A stretch of 64,000 bases of DNA from Azolla caroliniana (GCA_043228905.1 JBHGNT010000004.1:13950001-14014000); one strand, 5' to 3'; positions 12,664 to 25,729 are shown, counted from the stretch's first letter. The notes: a model not told the origin generated them from the sequence alone. A program made the numbers and translations.

Positions 12664-15600
12664 CTAGATTAACTCACTAGACGAAGAAACATGAGGGCTC
12701 CTCCTGTGCTTGATTTCACCACGACTTGGGGTGAAGATCTCATTGAAGACCTCATTTTCATCAATGTGACTTGGTGCCTTCACCAAACCATGTTGTTCGG
12801 CTTCCTGTGATTCCATCATAACAAGATGGGATGTCCTCCTTAGACTCAATGATTATTTCAGTGAATTAGGTGAAATCAAGAAAAAATAAATATCCACAAG
12901 CCAAAATGTATATGGAGATCTAAGGATTTCATGGAATTATCCAAACATTAAGCAAAATACCCAAATGCCAAATCCATAGAGGTTTCTCAGGATTAAGCTT
13001 AGACCCACATTTCAAATCCATGGAGAGCATGAGAACTTTATTAAATGAACTGGAAATAAGAACCATATAATACCCACATGTCAAATCCATGGAGATCAGC
13101 AGCAGATTTCAATGAATTAAAGGAAAATCCTGAATACCCACAAACCTTAATCTAATCATGGATAGAAAATGATGATTTTAATGAATAAACTGAAAATAAT
13201 GAATTCGTCTCAAAAATGCCCAATCGATGGAGTGAGGATTTCAATGAGCAAAATAAAATTGAGTAATACCCACACGCCCAATCGATTTCAGTGCATGAAC
13301 TAAAATTGTGCATTATCCACATGCCAAAATCGTGGTTAAAATAAGTGGCACACACCCTCATGCCCAATCCAGGGAGAAAGTGAAGATTTCAATCGATTAA
13401 CTGAAAATAAGAATAAAAGAAAATGCCCACATGCCCAATCCAGGAGAAACTGAGGATTTCAATCAAATAACTGAAAATAAGAAGAAAAGACAATGCCCAC
13501 ATACCCAATCCATGATGAAGGTGGGGATTTCAATCAATGAAGTGGAAATAAGAGAAAACATGCTGAATCCATGGAGACATGAATTGCTTGTAAGGAAAGA
13601 AATCTTTGTTATATACATACCCTCAATGCCATGTCAAATGATAAAGCAGGAGCTTCATCATATTCAGCTGCATCTAGTTCCTGAAGATGCTGTCCTTTGA
13701 AGAACCTTGGGAGAAGATATTGTCGAACGGGGACTAGAAGCATAATCAACAGGGGAAATAGCAGCCCTGCCACAGGTATCCATGTGATGCCAAAACATGA
13801 TAGCAAATAGACCAGTTGAAGAAGTGTGAAAATCATGATTGTCTTGAATGGAACCGTTTCGATAAACGATGCATGGGTTGTTTCCAGAACTCTGTGACAA
13901 GTGTTTCACAGATAGAAAATGCCACAATTAACACAAGAAAATATCAAACAAGTCCAAAGGAACAACCCATTGGCAGATGAAAATAAAAGACTTACTTATA
14001 TCTACGACTCGGGGATGTAAAGAGTAGCAAAAGTCTTTCCCAAAACTGGTTTCCAGGTAGACTCTCGATGGCCATGAAAGCAAAGTAACCCCAAAGAACA
14101 GAAGATGGAATCTTTTTAATGACAGGCATCATTCCCACACAGCCTCCAACCATCAACGACTGTAATAGATTGCTCAAACGTTGTTCCTTGACTTCAATAG
14201 GAAGAAGGTCGTCAACATCCTTCTCAGGATCGAATATCGTCTCGTCAACAGAAGGATCCACCGTTCCACTACTGGTAGCTAATTGTAGTGTGCTGCTCTT
14301 CAGCTCTCTAAGTGCCTGCATAAATAAAGAGTTTTATTTATAAATTGCCAACTTTCACATCGGACTTGTAATACTCAATGATACAACATTTGAGATAAGA
14401 TTCTTTGACATGCTGAAACAACCAAGGGAAACATATCATACACGCTATATAGATCAATATATGGTGGTAATACCAGACACACCATATTCCGCTAAATAAA
14501 ATATATATGCATCTATATGTATATGTGTAAGTGTACAGGTACAGGTATGCGTATGCGTATGCGTATGCGTATGGGTATGGGTATGCATACAAGTATGCAT
14601 ATTGATACAAATATACAAATGGTATCATACCAAGCTTGATGCTGGTTGATAGACTAAAGGGGTGTGCATCTGTTTGAAAGCTTCTTGCATTTCTCCATAT
14701 AGCTGTCCAAGAGAAGAGTTTCTCTGGATGCTTTCCTTTGCTGTTTTTATCAGCTTGCTTCTCACCAACTGCAATGACGTATTGTTTCCCTTTAGATAAA
14801 TCCATTATCAATTTGATTTCAGGGAGGAAATCCATTTGTTTCCACTATAAATAAATGTTAACGACCTCATTTTTTAGCGTCGCCAAGCTCTTTGTATGCA
14901 TTGGAGATTGAGGTATAACACCATTTGAAGGTGGGATTCCAAGCAAGCCACAAACCATAACCTGTTGACATTAATCATTTAAAAATAAGCCTTTCCAGTT
15001 GTGAAAGACATACTTAGAGATAGACATAGACAGTTAGTAGTAGCCTTTTCGTTTTTGCACACTTGTTACATGATGTGTATAGGGATTAAATTTTTGAAAA
15101 TTTAAATGTGAAGGGAGGTTTGGACCAGTGCTGCTAAAAGAAGAAGATCATAATGGTAAGACGAAGGCTTCCGCAAATTAAACTCTTTCTGTTGGGCAAG
15201 TTGAGAGGCAACACTGTGGTCAAAGTAATAAAGCACAGCTATCATGGTTGCAGGAATGAGGGCAAGGAATATGAACAATATTGGGACATCAAGCATTTCC
15301 TGAAACAAGAATAAACCACCCAAAGGAAAAAATTTGAGAATAACCTATACAAAAACAATATATATATATAATTTATATGGGGCATACATGTGTGTGCCGC
15401 CAAGTTGAAGTTGATGGACTTACTATATACTTACCGTTATCACTGTCCAGTTTCTTGTTGCAACAGGAGACCAAGGGTTGGGGCTGAAGAGTCGCCTTGG
15501 GATATCAGGTGGGACATGCCCAACAGCTGAATACGAGACCCCAGTCCAGATAATAACCAATATGGGCACTCCATAATCTGCTATCAATGCACGCAACCAA

Positions 15601-17997
15601 CCTGCACACACGAAGTAGATATTCTGAATTAGTAAATGGGCATGCATGTGTGCAGCTTTTTCTCTAATATCGGTTTCAATGAGATAAGTCTTCTATTGTT
15701 CAGAGAGGCAAGCACATTTTGGGGATTATTGAATATTAATAATGTCCAAACAAACGAAAATAAATAGATACAGAAACCCATCCTTGATTTTATATGCCAA
15801 ACAGAAAAGAATATCACATTAGGCTTGACATAATACTTTGGAGCAATATGGATATTTCGAAGAAATAAACCACACTTTGTTTATATGCATATAAATGGAA
15901 TGGCTTTTCTTTTATGTTTCAAATGTTAAAAGAGAAGGGGCGGTGCTTCAAACTTTTTGGCTGTATAAATGACGAGGATATCTTTCATGGAGATTTGAAA
16001 TCCACGCCACAAAGAAAATGAATGGGTTTTTGTTTATGTGCATATATATATAATATAAGCATGTCTTTCTTTGGTTGTTGAGATATAATAAGATGAAGGG
16101 CAGTGGATAGTCTTGTGCTTTGCACGTAATGACTTGTCTTTCTTTCTTACACTTTGTCACACAATAAAAAAGTGCACTCTCATATCTTGGGTTGCATAGA
16201 AAAGACGGATATCTTACAAACAAGCATCATATACACACTCATGGCTGCACAACAACACTTTGGCTATGTTTGCTGATACTATCGATCAAGACCACGATAA
16301 AAAATTTTAATAAATGGACAAATAAATTCCCTAAGAACTTTGAATAAATCTTTCAAAAGTATCACTGAACATGCCTGCTCCATATCGCCATGAACGCGCC
16401 TTTCTGCTCTTTAATCCCGTCAACAAAAGACCAAATGACAGAAGAAGAGCAAACATGCCATTCCCAAAGCGCCATGATGGCTGGAATTGTACAAGGGTTG
16501 GGTCTTGACGAGCGGGAATCCGGAATTCTTCGACAACACCCTTGGAGAACATAATGAGGAATTGAAGTTAGTTTGTAAGTGCAAAACAATTAAAAGGAAT
16601 ACAAAACAAGGTTTTGAACGCGATAAGGAATTGTTAAAGTCGTCATTGAAGTGAACAATTGGTCTATGAAACGAAGTTTCAGAAAGCAATCAAAGTTCAA
16701 ACAAGTTAAGATGACATATTAAAAAATCGTCACCTTTATGGCTTGCTGCATGAAGAGCATTGCAATCAGCAAACCAAAAAGTTCCCCAGCTACGCGGGTA
16801 AACCTATTGATGATTGAGCATGCCCCAAACACCGCCATCACAAGAAGAAGAAAGGATGTCCACACACAAACCCTGCAAATAGTAATGAACATATATATCG
16901 ATATATCATGGAAAAGAGAAGAGCAAAATGTTTGCAATTGATTGTAGAATTTCATGTAACTGTTTAATATATACATAAACTATATTCAAAATATGAAAGA
17001 TATAAAAAAAGGGACAACAGAACACACTTGAATTTTATGACTTTTGAGGTTAAATATACCATGCTTAAGGATAACTTCACAACTCGACCTAAATATAAGA
17101 TATCATGAGGATTGCAGAAATACAGAATTTCAAGCTATTATGACCCTGAAATTCGGACTAGTTGAGACATTTAGGAAATCAAAATGTAGGGTTTCTGTGG
17201 GTTCTTGTCTTAACCATGCTATCCAGAGACATTTTATTCAAAACATATGCTACTAGTAGTGACACACAGCATTCAATTGACAACTATTCTCAGTAAATGG
17301 AATGAAAATGGGTAAACATTTTTGCCGTTCATTTGAAGAAGAACAAATCAAGTCATATTTTCAATTCAAGTAACTCAAGCAACATATAAATGCTTCCTTA
17401 CCATCCGGTCCAAGCCAGGAAAAGTTTTGGTCCAATCTCGCTCCGATCTTTCACAAAGTTATACATAAATGTATACATGATAACCGTTGGCTCTGCTACG
17501 CCAAGAATAAGCAACGGTTGGCCACCGAAAATTGAGTGTAAAATTCCACACAATGATGTCGATGCCAATGTTTGTACGGCTGTGAGGAGTCCATCTAATC
17601 AAGCAAAACACATCATTCCTTAACTATACAAAAAAACCATATATCGGAGCATGATGTTTGCTGTAGAAAATTCGATTACAATCAAAATTACAATTGTGAT
17701 GTGATAGGCACAAATATGCTTACTTGTGTCTCGATCAAGCTGTTCTCCAAAAGAAATAACTGGTATGGCTGATGCGAAAAATATATATGTTGTGGGTGCA
17801 AAGATCCTACTCACACAAAATAGCATATTTTAAAACATTATGTATCTAATGAAACCTAAAAATACTCAGGAACTGTATAAAGACAAAAAGAACCTGTAAC
17901 CCGAATTGAATCCACCAATCCAATCCTCCTTGTAGCACTTCAGTCGCCCTTTCATGTCATTGATAATGCCGCGGAGTGGCATAAATGACTCTTCCAT
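12664..17997 (-). CDS. BOR1: Borate exporter, BOR1-like (SLC4/HCO3- transporter family), 12 coding exons, 663 aa
   Basis: Exons 17894-17997, 17724-17806, 17402-17594, 16734-16872, 16375-16540, 15435-15601, 15126-15299, 14866-14961, 14631-14768, 13996-14315, 13621-13891, 12664-12804 sum to 1992 nt in frame; [81 protein letters not shown] motifs. Exact orthology within the BOR family not determined. Confidence 0.95.
12860..13590. repeat. Degenerate ~60-65-bp minisatellite filling the last BOR intron
   Basis: Recurring cccacatgcc(c/a)aatccatggag...gatttcaatgaa..actgaaaataag units, roughly a dozen copies. Confidence 0.75.
14520..14600. repeat. (GTATGC/GTATGG)n hexamer microsatellite in a BOR intron
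   Basis: Seen directly. Confidence 0.85.
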
Positions 17998-18411
17998 AGT
18001 TCTAAATGCTTTCGATAACCAAAGAATTGTGTGTATATGTATATGTATATGTATGTATATGTGTCTGAGCTCCCCAGGGAAGGGGAATGTTTATTTTTCT
18101 ATGAAATAAGATGAGATACTATGTGGAAGCCGAGGTTTTATTTTGCTTTCAAGTTATCATAGAATTTCTCTTTAAGTATTCCGGATCCAAACAAATTCAC
18201 TGATCTAGTATTTTTACATCTTCTATTTCATTACAATGACAATCCAAAAATGCTGTTATGAATGGTTATGTTCTGTATTTATATATTTTGACAAAATTGT
18301 GAGCGACCAATGCTTTGTTTGCTTGGGCACATACTACACCGATCTGTCATTGCAGTACTCAAACAACCTGAATATACATGTGAAAATGGCAGATGAGAAC
18401 ATACAACCTGA

Positions 18412-18412
18412 A

Positions 18413-18461
<49 letters not shown>

Positions 18462-18625
18462 GTATGTATGTGTGTATGTGTGTATGTATGTATGTATGTA
18501 AGTATGTATGTGTATAGGTATGTATGTATGGGTATGTGTGTAGGTAGGTAGGTATGTATGTATGGGTATGTATGTATGGGTATGTATGTATGTATGTATG
18601 TATGTATGTATGTATGTATGTACAT
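18412..18625. repeat. (TG)n/(TATG)n microsatellite in the putative 5'-UTR intron of BOR
   Basis: Seen directly. Confidence 0.9.
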
Positions 18626-18708
18626 TCATTCGTATGTGTGTATTGCTTATACATATGTTAAGAAAGATTAGTCTAGAGATGAAAAGAAATGAAAAACCAT
18701 ATACTTGC

Positions 18709-19460
18709 CTTTTAATTCACATGTGGTAATATGCCGTGTTCGAAGTTAAGTCGGCTACATAAAGATATCAAAAAACAAAAGAGGGCCGGGAGATCTGTGT
18801 TGGAAAAGCCTTACATGATTGACGTAGTTGTAGGTTTTTAAAAGATCACTCAGAATAGAAGCAACATGTCATGACTCCAAGTAGTTCAACACTTTACATG
18901 GAAAGCTTTCTCTGGTTTGAATGAGCTATTGCGATGGCTGATTAAGAATGCAGTAGTAAAAGCCACTTAATAAGAAGCAGAAATCTACATGGCAACTTGT
19001 TTGGAATGTGTGTAAGATGAAGGATTCAAGTTTTCTGAATCTGCAGGGAGGGGGGGTTCAAAGTTTACATATATAGTATTAGTATAGATCTCTCTGTGTT
19101 ACGATGATGATGATGATGATGATAAGTTTGTTAAGCTGCTGCTGGTGCTTGATGTATACTACATATAATTGATAGTATTTGGCGCAAAATTAGGAGCTAC
19201 TTTATATAACGAATGAGCTCCTCCGTAAAAATGTACGCAGAATATTAGATAAGATAAATAGAATGAGCTCCTCCGTAAATGTGCGCAGAGTGATAGAAAG
19301 AAAGATAAAGAATAAATAAGGAAGATTTAAATCAGCAAGAAAGAGAGTTCAAAATGAGAAGATGGCCGTAATTAGGGACTTATATGAGTAATAAATAAAT
19401 AACTAATAATAATAATGTGAGAGAAAGAGAGAATAATAACTGATAATATGTATGTATGTA
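18709..19460 (-). promoter_or_regulatory. Putative BOR 5'-UTR exon with seven AUG-stop minimal uORFs and two short uORFs
   Basis: Minus-strand AUG-stops at 19159-19164, 19065-19070, 18985-18990, 18894-18899, 18811-18816, 18755-18760, 18717-18722; uORFs MTCCFYSE* (18846-18872) and MLLLF* (18850-18867); bounded by a donor-like AG|GCAAGT at 18709/18708. TSS not located. Confidence 0.7.
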
Positions 19461-22400
19461 TATACATACATATATATAGATAGATAGATAGATATAGTCA
19501 GTCTATAGATGGGTTTGAAGTTTAGTGAAACAGGTTAGAGAGAGAGAGAGAGATGGACGGTGATGAGTCTAAACAAATTAACAAAGAGAGATCTGACTGA
19601 CAGCTAGCAGGAAGACACACAGAGAGAGAGAGAGAGAGAGAAGGGGCAATGTATGTATAGTATAGTATAGTATAGTATAGTATAGGAATGCAATGTATGT
19701 ACGTATGTATGATCAATAATAATATTGAATATGTATGTATGTACAGGGGTAAGAGGCATGCTCCATAGCTTTTGGTTTCTCGGTATTTTGAGAGACTTAA
19801 TTAATTAAATTAAAAGACCGCCTCTCGTTCATTCCCAGCTAAAAACAGGAGAGATTTTGGCTTTGTTGTTTGTTAGTGTATGACATATGTATACATATGT
19901 AATGTATGTAAGCAAGAAAGAAGCTTCACATACACAAAAAGTTAACAAAGGAAGAGGAAGCCCACCAAATGGGAGGGGCTCTAGAACTCATAATATAAGA
20001 AATAATCTCTTCTCTTTTTTTAATTATTATCATGGATAAGAAGATTGTCAAAGAAACCTTTGTGTGTGTGTGCATGCGTCCTTTATATGGAATCCTAAGC
20101 CTCGAAGTTCACTCATTTACATACTCTTTAACTTACTTACGTTGCCTATCACCAACCATATGCATATTTTAAGCCAAAAAAGATCATTAGAAATAAAAAG
20201 TATTTCCCTTTTGTCTTCAAGATGCTTTTGCAATTCTCGATGCTTACACTTCAGAGACATTCAGATCTTTGTTCAATTCTTATTTCAAACATGAGAAGAG
20301 TATTGTGAGGCAATCCTCTTTGGGCATAAAGATTTATTATGATGTTGTTGTGCATGACAATTAAGACCATCCAAGGCTGGATTTGATGGCCACCAACCCG
20401 TCCAAGGACTTGCGACAATGTGCTTTGAGATGCAAAGAAATATGAGCAATTGTAGCATCATACATGAGACTCAAATTTTGCCAATTAATGTGGACATATC
20501 AGGTTGAATAAAAAGGTTATCCAAATATACGTGTATATATTCTCAGATTAAGCCATAAAATAGTTTATATAAATATAGTTCTTCTAGGTATGAAGCCAAA
20601 ACAAATCTATCTACCTATTTATCGATCAATATGTATGTATGTATAATATGTACATAGTATGTATACGTTTGTCATAATATAGATGAAAATGAGTGGTTGA
20701 TGCGAATAATATACATTCTCCCGAGAAGACCTAAAGAAGTGAAAAGAATAACAATTTAACTTAAAATCCCACTTACAAATATGAAAATGCCTAAATTTTG
20801 ATTTGTTTTGTACAATTCACATGTGATAATACTTGGCACTCATGTTTGAAGTTAAGAGTGCAAGGATTTGCGATTGAAACTGGAGTTTAAGCACCACCTT
20901 TGATTGAAAGAACTGTAATGAGATTCAATGTATTTGTTTCCCCCCTTGTAACTAGGTTTCACTAAACACAAATTGCTTAACACAGTTCCAATTGTAGTGT
21001 TATTTTGTCTCTACATTTTTTGAGCAATTGATAAAACCTTAATCATGCCAATGGACAATATGCTATCATGTCAAAAGAGCATATTTTAAAGCTAGATGTC
21101 CCATGTACTTCTAAGTTGCACGTCAAAACATGACATTCATCGCCATACTAGGTCTTAAACATGTCAAATCATAACATTGTCCCCTTTCCTCCACACCTTT
21201 AACATCTCTTTCTCCTCTATCTATCTGTCAACTCCCATTGTAGGCATGTAACCCTACTCTAAACCTTTTTGACATACATGACATACACACTAGTCTATTG
21301 CCACTCTTTAGAATTACCCACGGCTCAATACTTACTTATATCTTGTACTACTACTCCTTGACAACATAGGAAGCATGTAGTATCTCCTTTTGATGTTCTA
21401 GTTTTTGTATACAACAAGTTGCGCATAAAGAAAGAAAGAAAGAAAGAAAGATACATGGAGTGATGGAGATTTTGGGTGGTAGGGGGTTACACAAATGTAA
21501 GGGTGGGCTTCTTTCTCATACATGGACTCAACACATGGGGTAATCAAGCACATCATAATAGACACAAGTTGAGACATATAATAGAGTTTGTGGTGTCACA
21601 TAATGTGTAAACTATATATATAATGAGTTTCGTATGGATTGTATTTGAGAGAAGAAGAAAGCATTGGTGGGGCTGAAAGAAGGGGAGCTATCAACCTAGC
21701 TAGAAGTTTTTTGTCAACTTATAGCTAAACATCAAAATGACATCTTGTCGAGGGAGCCAACTAAGCTATAGGATGTATGCAGTTGAAGAAGAATATATAT
21801 TGAAAATAAACTCTCTCTCTCTCTCTCTCAAGGCTTATACTATAAATGATTAAATATTGACACTTCTCTAAATATCATCCCAAGGAGTTTGAAGTATTTT
21901 TATCTTTAAGTAGAGATTGAGAGAGAGAATAGAAAAGGACCTACATCAAAGTCAAATAGAATCAATGTTAAGAAAAGAGAAGAAGAAAAGAGGATATGAG
22001 TGAAAAAAGTATAGATCTAGATCCGTGTGAGGCATGCAAATGGATGATGGGATTCTTTTGGAATAAGAAAAGAAAAAGTAATACACATACTAGTCATAGT
22101 CTATTGATTATTATTATATATCAGTTGTTTGTCATCTCACAAGTTCCATTGTCCATACGCCTCTTTTTAACATCTCCTTCTCCAAGTCTCTAATAGACCT
22201 AGGTAAGCTCTCATTATTGTCCCCCATGTGAATAACGCCCTCAGAATCTCGCCAAATGACCAGTTTGATGGTGAAGTCTCGAGGGTAGGCACTTTCAATA
22301 AGTCCAACACCTCTTGGAGTACTTTTTGGGAATATATAACCTACGTCTATACTTGAAGCCAGAAACATCTAGATGAACAAAAGTGGGTTGAGCCTTGAGA

Positions 22401-23251
22401 GTGGTCTTTCATGTGACTTTGAGAGTCCTGAAACTCCAACACTTTTCGTAATTGGGCAAACTTATATTTCTACAACTGAAAAATAACAAGATAGAGTAAG
22501 ATTTTGCCATCTTTGACATGAACCACTTCATAGGAGTGAAGCTTGAATTGGGAATTTCAGAGAGTAAACAAATAGATTGAACATGTATGGAATGTCATTT
22601 AAATGGAAATTTGACCCAAGTTAGATTGGGTTGAGTCTTTATTGAAATAGTTTAAAAAGAAAGCCTAGAAGTTGCCATTAGCATACAAAAGGTCATACAT
22701 TTTGGGAAGACTCAAATTCATGACGACGTTAGTCATATGTATCGTTATTTTTAGCTACATATATATAACGTTGTGAATTTTTACGTTATTAAAACATATA
22801 ATGTGATAGTTACACATGATAGAGAAATGGCTAATATTCAAATAACCATAAGACTTGACAGTGAACATGTGTTGATGTTAGGTAGTGACCATGCATAGGT
22901 TTAAACTTTAGTATATATAGAGAAATGATAAAGTGCCATTCTGATTAACAATCGGCTACAGTGTCGTGAAAATCCGTCACTATGTGCCTGGAAGGAATTA
23001 GATCTCACACACACAACACGAGGAAGGCACAAATATTCAAACTTGTTCGTGAAAAGGAGAGGTGCACAGGCAAGTCCGAATCAACCCCTCATCACAAGGA
23101 GAATGAATGTAAGAGAGGAAGGTTTACACAAGGACACACAAGGAAAAGGCTTACTTACACACACGGATGACAAATTTCCGAAAGCCTTTGTGAAAGGAGA
23201 GGTGCATGGGTAAGCCTGAACACTCCCATATCACAAGACGCACGAACACGT

Positions 23252-24410
23252 TGTTGTGAAGATTTTCAGTAATGGTGTGAAAATTGCATGAAATGTACAA
23301 AATTGAGTGTGGTTCTTCACACACAATATGAAACAATAATAGTGAAGATATTATTTTATATTAGTTTAATATCTTGGTATAAAAAGATGGATGCATTTTA
23401 CTACATGTGAAACGGACAACTTAGTGTCAAGTTATGCGAGTGTGAAGTTTGAGAAGAAGAAGAGGAAAACAAAACTATGAGATATCCCAAGATAGGACAC
23501 CATCAGGATTCAAGAGTATATAAGTAGAGCCATACCTCTTTACATTTCATCTATGTGTTAGGAGGAATGAATGTGGCCAAGTTGTTCAAAATGGTTTTGG
23601 AGAATCGGAACCGAAACGAGCGGACGACACCGGATAGAACCAGACCGGCGGATGGCACCGGACGACGATGGAACCAGACAGGTCGGACAACACCGGAACC
23701 GGACTAGATCGGATCACCGGATCACCGGTCGGATGTGGACCGGATAGACGAATCGATTGGATAGGTTGATCGCAACGATTTTGGTGTGAAACAAACAAAA
23801 TCATCTAGACTAAAAAAAAACCTAGTAAAAATTTGTATACAAAGGGATGCAAGCAAGGCTTGAACCTTGCACCTCCAAGGTAGGAGGCAGTAAACTTACC
23901 ACTAAGCCAAGTCATTTCTTTAGAAATATTTTTTCTACCATTATAATTTCACATGTAAATTCTCATATTAGAGCTTGAATGAGTGACATGGTTATCATGC
24001 ATCGCATGTAATGCATGAGCGCCAAATGGCAAACATGCATCACATGCATTGTTTGCATGTCTTGTACCCTCACATGCATCATATGCATGGGGCATCTATA
24101 AAAGAGTGGATGAAAAAGATCAAAGGGAGCTATGTATTAATCAAGAATTTAATAAGAAGAAAATTCGTTCTCCAATTGATGATATATCTTGTTCCTCAAA
24201 TCTAAAGTCAAGGGTTCAATCTTAATCTCTCTCTCCATTTCAATCTCTCTCAATCTAAAGTCAAGCGTTCTATCTTATCTCAATCTCTCTCTCTTTCAAT
24301 CTATCTTAAATACTTTCTCGCTAAAGCTAGTGCAAACTTTGAATCCTTCCGGTTCAGGACCTCGGCGGCTCCGCCTCACGATCCGCACATAGTGACGGAT
24401 TTTCACAAAA
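23252..24410 (+). mobile_element. Solo LTR (~1.16 kb) inserted into the tandem array
   Basis: tgttgtgaa start and ..ttttcacaa end (short terminal inverted repeat), TATA-like ctataaaag ~24096, interrupts a repeat unit; TSD unclear. Confidence 0.55.
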
Positions 24411-24945
24411 ACGCAAGCAACTTTTACACACGAGAGACAAAGTTTCGAATGCCTTCGTGAAAGGAGAGGTGCATGGGCAATCCCAAACGCTCCCTTGTCA
24501 CAAAAAACACGAACACACAAGCAACTTTTACACACGACAGACAAAGTTCCGAATGCCTTCGTGAAAGGAGAGGTGCATGGGCAAGCCCGAATGCTCCCTT
24601 GTCACAAGACACACGAACACACGAGCAAGGTTTACACACGAGATACAAAGTTTTGAATGCCTTTGTGAAAGGATAGGTGCATGGCCCGAACGCTCCCTTG
24701 TCACAAGACACACGAACACACAAGCAAGGTTTACACACGAGAGACAAATTTTCGAATACCTTTGTGAAAGGAGAGGTGCATGGGCAAGCCCGAATGCTCC
24801 TTGTCACAAGACACACGAACACACAAGCAAGATTTACACTAACATGCAAGACACACAAGTTTGAATACCTTTGTGAAAGGAGAGGTGCATGGGCAAGCCC
24901 GAAACGCTCCCTTGTCACAAAACACACAAACATACAAACACAAGT
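24411..24945. repeat. ~90-bp tandem repeat, about 6 copies
   Basis: Head-to-tail units (gtgaaaggagaggtgcatggg...cttgtcacaagacacacgaacac) with no unique spacers. Confidence 0.9.
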
Positions 24946-25729
24946 GACAATAACATATAAAACACGTTGTCGTGCCTTTCGGCGTTGGATCGTTACATGA
25001 GTCGGTTGGGAACCGCTGGGGCTTTGGACTAGGAGGAGGAAGAATTTGAGATAAGTCTAGTTATGAATATATTGCAAGAAAGAAAGATAGGAAACTCATG
25101 AATCCCACGAGTATAATGTACTATCAATACTTAGGAAAGAATACAAATTTAGATTGAAAAAGAGAAATAGATGGAAAACTCGTGAATCCCACGAGTATAA
25201 TATATTAATCAACCCTTATGAAAAAAAAAATCAACAACACCACCTTACAATTTGCTTCCCCATCATTATATAGTGATGGGAGAGACTAAGCATATCTTAC
25301 TACATGCAAGCATGATGCTTTTTCTCTAACTCGAGTGTTCATGCACACTAGATGGGTTAGCTTTTTCTATCATACTTTTTCATTTTAACTCAAATGTTCA
25401 TGCACATTAGATGTACGGGTAAAAGCATGCAAGTGGAAACACTATTATAGCTAATTAGCTACGAAAATGGCCACAACTAATTAGCTATTTGTTTAGCTAG
25501 TTTTTTGTGGGAAAATAATAAGGATGGTTTACGAAATTTTATGTTTTATTAGTTAAATACATGTCATTTAATTTATGAGAATACTCAAATATTTGAACTT
25601 TGGTTTTTGACGTAGTGGAACTTGGGGAATAGTGCCATCATCTAAGGTCGACTTGAATGTCATCAAATTCTTGATAATCCTAAGTTTGAGTTCAAACTCC
25701 AAACAGATGGAGCACTCTGAGCACAAACA

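Larger units (their letters stand above)
22962..24960 (-). mobile_element. LTR-like remnant with ~90-bp tandem repeats, host to a solo LTR
   Basis: Starts tgtcgtgaaaatccgtcactatgtg, the reverse complement of the end of the LTR at 23252-24410; the repeat unit gtgaaaggagaggtgcatgggcaagcccgaa.. occurs on both sides of the insert. Confidence 0.55.

Noticed and set aside
14338-14835. 165-aa ORF inside the BOR gene
   Set aside because: Wrong frame across exon 9 plus intronic microsatellite; the true exon reads [12 protein letters not shown]..
18214-18219. Another minus-strand AUGUAA closer to the BOR start codon
   Set aside because: It lies in the presumed 5'-UTR intron among ordinary AUGs, so it was not counted in the array
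19041-19056. Acceptor-like (C)n..TGCAG that would put the two most upstream AUG-stops in an intron
   Set aside because: No clear upstream donor was found and AUG depletion continues past it; unresolved, and even if used, 5 of 7 AUGs remain AUG-stop
21400-22750. Possible very old LINE remnant
   Set aside because: Only vague coding-like patches; no motif I can support
24411-24945. CRISPR-like look of the regular repeats (also 30270-30795, 50245-50855, 63655-63930)
   Set aside because: Units are head-to-tail with no unique spacers, there are no cas genes, and the context is eukaryotic transposon DNA
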